Shown here: one piece after another, positions 57,799 through 64,000 of the stretch | Layout: every line of letters starts with the position of its first letter | Numbering within the stretch: the stretch's first letter is position 1 | Source of the DNA: Magnetovibrionaceae bacterium | GTDB lineage: Bacteria > Pseudomonadota > Alphaproteobacteria > Rhodospirillales > JBMYSY01 | Length of the DNA stretch: 64,000 nucleotides | Direction of reading: 5' to 3' | NCBI GenBank assembly: GCA_049603795.1 | Contig: JBMYSY010000006.1 | Coordinates: 307-64,306, forward strand | Translations under genes and position numbers: made by a program | The notes under the pieces: model-generated | What the model was told of the DNA's origin: nothing | Database searches by the model: none | Seen by the model: the letters and a program-made list of their open reading frames with translations, nothing else

Positions 57799-58080
57799 TT
57801 CAATTCCCCCAGCGATCATAGCCAAGAAAATTTTTTTCCGGCTTTCGGTCATTCGTTCGGCGGGGTTTATATTTCAAAAATATTTAGAGTCAATTGATTA
57901 AATTTATTTGGTCTGCCTAACTTTAAAATGTAAGATAATATTATTGATTTTTTTCTATGCAGAACTTTGGTTTTTGAGGGGCAAAATTTACCTTAAAATT
58001 TTTGGGGGTTTAGGTGGGGCGGGCCAGCGAATGGCGGCCTGCATGGTTTTTCTACCGTCGTGGCGAACCGACGGGCAAAC

Positions 58081-58114
58081 AAAAGGCCCGGGGCATTGCT
58101 GCTCCGGGCCTTTT
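58081..58114 (-). terminator. rho-independent terminator after ndk (symmetric A/T flanks)
   Basis: AAAA-GGCCCGG-loop-CCGGGCC-TTTT. Confidence 0.65.
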
Positions 58115-58151
58115 CGCCGGGTGGCTTAGAAAGTCTACGGGGTCTGACGTA

Positions 58152-58574
58152 TCAGCCGACCACTTCGCAGGCCGAGAAGAAGTAGGCGATCTCGATGGCT
58201 GCGTTTTCCGGGCTGTCGGAACCGTGCACGGAGTTTTCCTGCACGTTCTGGCCGTGGGCCGCGCGGATCGTGCCTTCGTCGGCGTTGGCCGGGTTTGTGG
58301 CACCCATGATTTCGCGGTTCTTCAGGATCGCGCCTTCGCCTTCCAGGACCTGGACGACCACGGGGCCGGAGCACATGTAGTCGGTCAGTTCGTCGAAGAA
58401 GGAGCGTTCCTTGTGAACGGCGTAGAAGCCTTCCGCCTGGGACTTGGTCAGGTGGACACGCTTTTGCGCCACGATGCGCAGTCCGGCGTCTTCAAAAAAA
58501 GTGTTGATCTTGCCGGTGATGTTCCGCGCGGTGGCGTCCGGCTTGATGATGGATAGGGTGCGCTCGATTGCCAT
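58152..58574 (-). CDS. ndk: nucleoside diphosphate kinase
   Basis: [22 protein letters not shown]. Confidence 0.97.
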   Translation of the reverse strand: MAIERTLSIIKPDATARNITGKINTFFEDAGLRIVAQKRVHLTKSQAEGFYAVHKERSFFDELTDYMCSGPVVVQVLEGEGAILKNREIMGATNPANADEGTIRAAHGQNVQENSVHGSDSPENAAIEIAYFFSACEVVG

Positions 58575-58834
58575 GCCCCCGGTCCTTCCCGTCTGTTGAG
58601 TGAAATGGTGCTAGGTCTGGATGGTTCCCGGGGCGTCGGCTTACCTTGCGTCCTGGTGAAGCCTGCTCCGGCTGGTGTTGCCTCTAGAGAGTTGCCCGTA
58701 CGGGCCATCCTTTTGGTTCTTGTTTTGTCACGGGCTTACGGCCCGCGCTGGGCCGGGTTATACCGGTGCCGGGCGTGGCCTGCAAGCTTCGCCGCTGATC
58801 GGTCGGGTGGGAGCCCATTACGCGTTGATTTTGT

Positions 58835-59920
58835 TCAAACCTTCTGCCTCCGGAGGTTAAGGCGAATGACCGCCTGCTCGGCAGCATGGAGGGCTCCTTC
58901 AATCAAGCCGGCCTCTTCTTCCGCCAGTTCTGAGCCCGCGAAGACCAACCCTAATCCGTCCAGTGCGCTGATGGCTGTCGGAATGCCGCCCGTGGGATGG
59001 GGGCTGGCACCGGCATCCAGGCCCGTCGCTGTGAAGGGAGTGTCAAACCAGGACTTGATGTGAACCGCGGTCGGTGTGGCGGCCCTGGGGCCGAAAAGAT
59101 CGGTCAATTGGCCGAGAGCAGCGGATTCGAGAGTCTTTCTTGGCGGGTTCTGTGCGACCAAGCTTGGATGCACGAACCCGAACAGCGCACCTTCCGTTGA
59201 GCCACTGGCAGGCGAGGCATCATGGATTTCCATCAGAGGACCCTGTTGGCTCATGGCATTGCCCGACAGGTTGGCTTCGCGCCAGAAGGGGCTGTCGTAG
59301 ACCGCCAGAACCTTGGCATGCCCGGCCATCCAGGTCGGAATGGCGCGAAGCACCTGGCGTGCGTCCGCCGGGACCACGGGGCCAAGATCGATGCTTTCCA
59401 CCGCCAGGCGCGGAGGAAGGGCGAAAAGGATCCTCGCGGCGTTGAAGTTGGCGGGGGCATCCCCGGTGGTCTTGGCTGCCAAGCGGAAGCCGGTCGCCTC
59501 GGCGTGGATCGATACCACAGGGCTCGATAGGCTCAGCCGGGATTCTGGCAGTCTTGATGCCAGCCCTCGCGCCAGTGCCTCCGCTCCGCCGTCGATCCTG
59601 AGCGCACCGGCCATGGGGGCAAAGTTCAGGTCACGGCGGATATGCCCGGTCGCATCTTCATAAACCAGGTTCCCCGTGCTGAATTGCTCAAAAAGGGTGA
59701 GCCCCAGGTCTTCGGCCAGGGCAAGGATGCGCTGCTGATGTGGCCAGACCCAGGCGGGTCCCAGATCGTAGGCGGCGCCCCCAGGCGTGGTCACGGACTT
59801 CATGCGCCCGCCGATCCGCCCCCGCGCCTCGACCAGATGCCAGTCGACGCCCATGTGTTCCAGCCGGGTGGCAGCAGCAAGGCCACAAAGGCCACCACCG
59901 ATGATCACGGCATCATTCAT
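58835..59920 (-). CDS. FAD-dependent amine-oxidase-family oxidoreductase
   Basis: MNDAVIIGGGLCGLAAA Rossmann motif. C-terminal ..VFAGSE.. typical of flavin amine oxidases. ATG at 59920. Confidence 0.75.
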   Translation of the reverse strand: MNDAVIIGGGLCGLAAATRLEHMGVDWHLVEARGRIGGRMKSVTTPGGAAYDLGPAWVWPHQQRILALAEDLGLTLFEQFSTGNLVYEDATGHIRRDLNFAPMAGALRIDGGAEALARGLASRLPESRLSLSSPVVSIHAEATGFRLAAKTTGDAPANFNAARILFALPPRLAVESIDLGPVVPADARQVLRAIPTWMAGHAKVLAVYDSPFWREANLSGNAMSQQGPLMEIHDASPASGSTEGALFGFVHPSLVAQNPPRKTLESAALGQLTDLFGPRAATPTAVHIKSWFDTPFTATGLDAGASPHPTGGIPTAISALDGLGLVFAGSELAEEEAGLIEGALHAAEQAVIRLNLRRQKV

Positions 59921-60032
59921 GACAAAAAAACTCCCACCGGGTCTGAAGCGCACTGCCTTTGGAGAGATGTCAGCACTTCGCGTCCAAAGACAAGGTTTGA
60001 GCAGAGCCGCAGAGGGGGGTAGAAGGACGCCC

Positions 60033-61901
60033 ATGCTTCATGTGAACGACCTGACCTACCGCATCGGCGGGCGAGTCCTTTTGGAAGATGCCACGCTTCA
60101 CCTGCCGGACGGCCACAGGGCCGGTCTGGTCGGGCGGAACGGTGCTGGCAAGACGACCCTGTTCCGTCTCATCCTGGGGGACCTTTCCCCGGATGCGGGG
60201 GGGCTCTCGATCCGTCCCCGCGCAAGGGTCGGCACCGTGGCCCAGGAAGTCCCCAGTGGCCCGGAAAGCCTGATCGATACGGTCCTCGCCGCCGATACCG
60301 AACGCTCGGCGCTGTTGGTCGAGGCCGAAAGCGCAACGGATCCGGAGCGGATCAGCGACATCCACACCCGACTTGCCGATATCGATGCCCATACGGCACC
60401 TGCGCGGGCTGCTTCGATCCTGGCAGGGCTCGGATTTGACGAGGCGGCCCAGGCGCGTCCCTGTTCCGATTTTTCCGGCGGTTGGCGGATGCGGGTGGCC
60501 CTTGCTGCGGCGCTGTTTTCCGCGCCGGATTTCCTGCTGTTGGATGAGCCGACGAACCACCTGGACCTGGAAGCGACGCTCTGGCTGACCAGCCACCTCG
60601 CCAACTGGCCGGGGACTCTTCTGGTGATCAGCCACGACCGGGACCTGCTGAACCAGGTGGTCGGCGAGATCGTCCACCTGGAACAATGCCGATTGGTCCG
60701 CTACCAGGGCGGATATGACCGGTTCGAACGCACCCGCGCCGAGGCTCAGGTGCTGCAGGCCAAGCTGCGATCCAAGCAGTTGGATGAACGCCGCCGGATC
60801 GAATCTTTTGTGGAACGGTTCCGTGCCAAGGCCACCAAGGCCCGCCAGGCGCAAAGCCGCCTGAAGATGCTGGCGCGCATGGAACCCATTGCCACCGTAA
60901 TCGAAGAAAGGACGGTGAGCTTTGATTTCCCTCAGCCCGATCCATTGTCACCGCCCCTGATCGCCCTGGAAAAGGCGGCTGTCGGCTACACGCCCGGAGC
61001 ACCGATCCTGAAGCGACTGGAACTCCGCATCGACATGGATGACAGGATCGCGCTCTTGGGGGCGAACGGTAATGGCAAGTCGACCTTGATTAAGCTTCTG
61101 TCTGATCGTCTGAAACCGGAAGACGGCAAGCTGCGCAAGAGCTCCAAGCTGAAGATCGGTTATTTCGCCCAACATCAGGCCGATGAACTCAGCCTTGCCG
61201 CGACCCCGGTGGAGGTCACCCAACAGCGTCTTCCCATGGCGACGGAGACCAAGGTGCGCGCGCACTTGGGGCGCTTCGGCTTTGGTGCGGATAAGGCGGA
61301 CACCAAGATCGGAAACCTGTCCGGCGGCGAAAAGGCGAGATTGTTGTTCGCTCTGATGAGCCTGGAGGCACCACACGTCCTTCTTTTGGACGAACCCACG
61401 AACCACCTGGACGTTGATAGTCGGGAAGCCCTGGTTCAGGCGCTAAATGCCTATGACGGGGCCGTCGTGTTGGTCAGTCACGACAGCCACCTGATCGAAC
61501 TGGTAGCCGACCGGCTCTGGTTGGTCGAGGACGGGTCTTGCCGGGAATTCGAAGGCGACCTGGGCGACTACCGGACACACCTGGCGGACCGCCGGAAGGG
61601 AGCCAACCGGGACCGAACGACGTCTTCGGAAGACCGCAAGCAGGCGCGACGAGACAGGGCGGCGGCCCGCGCCGAGACGGCCCCCTTGCGGAAGGCCGCC
61701 AAAGAGGCGGAGAAGCGCATGGAAAAGCTGGAGGCCGAAAAAGCCAAGGTCGAAGCCGCCCTCGCCAAGCCGTCGCTCTATGACGGGCCGCCTGAAAAGG
61801 TAACGGCCTTGCAGATCAAGCTGGGTGGCGTCGTCTCTGAACTTGAGGCCGCCGAGGAAGCCTGGCTGGAAGCCCAGGAGGCCCTGGAGCAACTGACGTA
61901 A
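60033..61901 (+). CDS. ABC-F family ATPase (Uup/YbiT-like)
   Basis: Two Walker A motifs (GRNGAGKTT, GANGNGKST), two LSGG signatures, inter-domain linker, C-terminal Lys/Glu coiled coil, no TM domain. ATG at 60033. Confidence 0.9.
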   Translation: MLHVNDLTYRIGGRVLLEDATLHLPDGHRAGLVGRNGAGKTTLFRLILGDLSPDAGGLSIRPRARVGTVAQEVPSGPESLIDTVLAADTERSALLVEAESATDPERISDIHTRLADIDAHTAPARAASILAGLGFDEAAQARPCSDFSGGWRMRVALAAALFSAPDFLLLDEPTNHLDLEATLWLTSHLANWPGTLLVISHDRDLLNQVVGEIVHLEQCRLVRYQGGYDRFERTRAEAQVLQAKLRSKQLDERRRIESFVERFRAKATKARQAQSRLKMLARMEPIATVIEERTVSFDFPQPDPLSPPLIALEKAAVGYTPGAPILKRLELRIDMDDRIALLGANGNGKSTLIKLLSDRLKPEDGKLRKSSKLKIGYFAQHQADELSLAATPVEVTQQRLPMATETKVRAHLGRFGFGADKADTKIGNLSGGEKARLLFALMSLEAPHVLLLDEPTNHLDVDSREALVQALNAYDGAVVLVSHDSHLIELVADRLWLVEDGSCREFEGDLGDYRTHLADRRKGANRDRTTSSEDRKQARRDRAAARAETAPLRKAAKEAEKRMEKLEAEKAKVEAALAKPSLYDGPPEKVTALQIKLGGVVSELEAAEEAWLEAQEALEQLT

Positions 61902-61977
61902 TCAGATTTTCAAACGGATCACGATCTGGCATGAAAGGGGGGATGAAACGCCTGCCTGTTCCCTGATCGGACGCCTG

Positions 61978-62835
61978 ATGATCCAGCACCTTCTGAAAGC
62001 GACACTGGATGCACTGCCCGACGGGGTCCTCATCGTTGATGGGGACCGCCAGGTTGTCTATTGCAACGAGACCTTTGAGCGGATGTGGGGCATTCCCGCT
62101 GACCTGATAGACGAGGGCAAGAGCCGCCAGTTGGTCACCTTTGTTTTGGAGCAGCTGCAAGACGGTCTGAGCTTCGCCAGGGATGTGGAGCGCATTTATC
62201 GAACCGATCAGCCTTCGCGCGACGAGGTCCGCCTGAAAGACGGTCGTGTGTTTGTGCGCCGGTCCGTCTGCTTTGACGGTTTTGACCGGTCGAACACCCG
62301 CATCTGGATTTTCACCGATGTGACCGAGGTCAAGAAGCTGCAGCGCGATTCCCTGACCGGATTGCTGAACCGGCGTCGCTTCGACGAGGAGTTCGCGGCC
62401 CTGCTGGAACGGGCGGAAGAAACCATCGCCCATGCGGTCGCCATCATCGATATCGATCACTTCAAACGCTATAACGATACCTATGGCCATGCGGCGGGCG
62501 ACAAGGTGATCCAGGCTGTCGGTGACCGGATCAGGGGGGCTCTGAACCGGAAAGGGGATCGCGGGTACCGGATCGGCGGCGAGGAATTTTTGGTCCTCTG
62601 TTCGGGGCGTACACCAAGCGACCTGACCTCCCATGTGGACACCATCCGCGAGGATGTCGCAGCACTGGGCCTACCCCATTCCGGGAACGACGGTTACGGT
62701 AAGATCACCCTGTCTGTCGGGCTGGGCGTGTTCTTCGGGCCGCAGGACGTCGATCCGATTTTCGAAGCCGTTGATCAGGCGCTCTACCGGTCAAAGAGAG
62801 AAGGGCGCAACCGGTTAACGATGGTCAATCTCTGA
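61978..62835 (+). CDS. PAS-GGDEF diguanylate cyclase
   Basis: PAS (LPDGVLIVDGDRQVVYCNETFERMWG), DHFKRYNDTYGH, RIGGEEF active site. Confidence 0.9.
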   Translation: MIQHLLKATLDALPDGVLIVDGDRQVVYCNETFERMWGIPADLIDEGKSRQLVTFVLEQLQDGLSFARDVERIYRTDQPSRDEVRLKDGRVFVRRSVCFDGFDRSNTRIWIFTDVTEVKKLQRDSLTGLLNRRRFDEEFAALLERAEETIAHAVAIIDIDHFKRYNDTYGHAAGDKVIQAVGDRIRGALNRKGDRGYRIGGEEFLVLCSGRTPSDLTSHVDTIREDVAALGLPHSGNDGYGKITLSVGLGVFFGPQDVDPIFEAVDQALYRSKREGRNRLTMVNL

Positions 62836-63048
62836 GATCGCTCCCCCCCCCGGAAACCACAAGAAACATCACGCCGCATCCGTCGCTTTCCCGGCTGAAA
62901 CGCAATGTGTATTATTAGGTGTATTAAACTGGAAAAAAGAATATAATTCGTCGTGTTTTGGGTTTACAGAACCTTTTTCGGTTGGTACCAGAAAGAAAGC
63001 GCATGGAACGCTCCTTGTGCAGATACATCGTTCATCCAAGAGGTTGCT

Positions 63049-63750
63049 ATGCCGAACAGTTTCAAATCCAACGTTGCTGCCCTCAGCGCGGGCCTTCTCG
63101 CCTTCGCGGTCGCTTCTGCGGCGCAGGCGGAGATGGCGACGATCGAAGTCGGCGAGTTCTACGTCGGTCTGGGGGCTGGCGGTGTCATGCCGGGTGACAC
63201 CACCATCTCCTCGGGCACTCAGGACGGTGTGACCTTCAACGGCAACGCCGAAATCGAATATGATCTGGGTTTCGCCGTCACCGGTGCTGCGGGTTATCAC
63301 ATCAACGATTATCTCGCTGTGGAGGCAGAAGTGGGTTATGCCCAGTTCGACCACGACAGTTTCAGTGGCTCCGGCACCATCACGTCAGGCGGCACGACAG
63401 TCTCCGGCAGCGCTTCTTCCACTCTTGATGGCACCGTGAAGACGTTTAGCGGGTTGGCTAACTTGATCGTATCGCCCTTCGGCGATATGGCGCTCCGACC
63501 CTATCTTGGGGCCGGCGTCGGCATGGTTGCCTACAACGAGGAAATCGACAAAGTGGGCACCCTGAGCCTCTCCTATGACGAATCGGACGAAGCCTTCATG
63601 GCTGCCGGCCTGGTCGGTCTCGACTATCGCTTCAGCGACCAACTCAGCATGGGCGGCCAATACCGCTATGTTTGGGCGGATACGGGTAGCGGGCTTGTCG
63701 ATGACATGACGGCGCATAGCCTCTTCCTGAAGCTGGACTACGCCTTTTGA
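63049..63750 (+). CDS. outer-membrane beta-barrel protein (OmpA-like/OMP_b-brl family)
   Basis: Signal peptide ..ASAAQA, alternating beta-strand pattern, C-terminal ..LKLDYAF. Confidence 0.8.
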   Translation: MPNSFKSNVAALSAGLLAFAVASAAQAEMATIEVGEFYVGLGAGGVMPGDTTISSGTQDGVTFNGNAEIEYDLGFAVTGAAGYHINDYLAVEAEVGYAQFDHDSFSGSGTITSGGTTVSGSASSTLDGTVKTFSGLANLIVSPFGDMALRPYLGAGVGMVAYNEEIDKVGTLSLSYDESDEAFMAAGLVGLDYRFSDQLSMGGQYRYVWADTGSGLVDDMTAHSLFLKLDYAF

Positions 63751-63778
63751 TACCGGCGGCAGCCGACAACTGACAAAG

Positions 63779-63804
63779 GGCGCTGAGCAATCAGCGCCTT
63801 TTTT
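63779..63804. terminator. bidirectional rho-independent terminator
   Basis: GGCGCTGA-GCAA-TCAGCGCC followed by TTTTTT, with AAA upstream. Lies between convergent genes. Confidence 0.75.
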
Positions 63805-63809
63805 GTTGT

Positions 63810-63998
63810 TCAATCTATGATGATGGCTTCCCAGCGAATGCGATCCGCCGGGCCGATGCCCTTGCAGGTTACCGTCACAGCCTCGGAAGAACTGAGTTGA
63901 AGGCGGGCGACAACTGTCACAGGCCTCGCCTCGGGATTGCCGAAGCGGACGTCGATGCCATCCGCATGGCCTGCGGCGAAAGCGACGTCTACCCCTTC
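63810..63998 (-). CDS. hypothetical protein, C-terminal 62 codons (5' end outside the window)
   Basis: Hand translation of the minus strand: ..EGVDVAFAAGHADGIDVRFGNPEARPVTVVARLQLSSSEAVTVTCKGIGPADRIRWEAIIID*. The frame is open to the window edge. No domain recognised. Confidence 0.35.
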   Translation of the reverse strand, partial: EGVDVAFAAGHADGIDVRFGNPEARPVTVVARLQLSSSEAVTVTCKGIGPADRIRWEAIIID

Positions 63999-64000
63999 AG

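Overview
High-GC (about 60%) chromosomal window of alphaproteobacterial type. Support: a GTTC-N7-GTTC SOS box, trmFO, and the uvrA / ssb / gyrA / coaD core neighbourhood. No tool was run, so every call comes from reading the ORF translations and the DNA. About 60 coding genes, one tRNA-Lys(UUU) and several rho-independent terminators are supported. No transposase, integrase or CRISPR array is visible. Housekeeping genes: trmFO, uvrA, ssb, gyrA, coaD, pntAA-pntAB-pntB, ndk, pepF, a fadD-like ligase, ggt, an ABC-F ATPase and a UbiB/ABC1 kinase. Signalling genes: three PAS or other histidine kinases (one with a C-terminal hemerythrin domain), a PepSY-OmpR-HK operon, a GGDEF protein and a cNMP-binding protein. 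Accessory modules: (1) a low-GC BglII/BstYI-like endonuclease plus MT-A70 methylase pair wedged 2 nt after ssb; (2) an arsR-gapdh-arsJ arsenate module; (3) a surface-glycan modification cluster at 26.4-34.5 kb; (4) an ArgG-like ligase / PF10014-type 2OG-Fe dioxygenase / EamA exporter operon behind an AT-rich promoter. The best candidate for an undescribed system is a tightly packed nine-gene same-strand cluster at 19.7-25.5 kb. It combines a peptidoglycan-binding protein, an ExbD/TolR-like protein, a Tat-signal lytic transglycosylase, a lipoprotein, two secreted coiled-coil or helical proteins, a minimal MotA/ExbB-like channel protein and two proline-rich bitopic TonB/TolA-like proteins. Within this window there is no TonB-dependent receptor, TolB/Pal or flagellar gene. 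Many long ORFs in the track are antisense or alternate-frame artefacts of the high GC content and were rejected. Hand-derived coordinates for non-coding features may be off by 1-2 nt.
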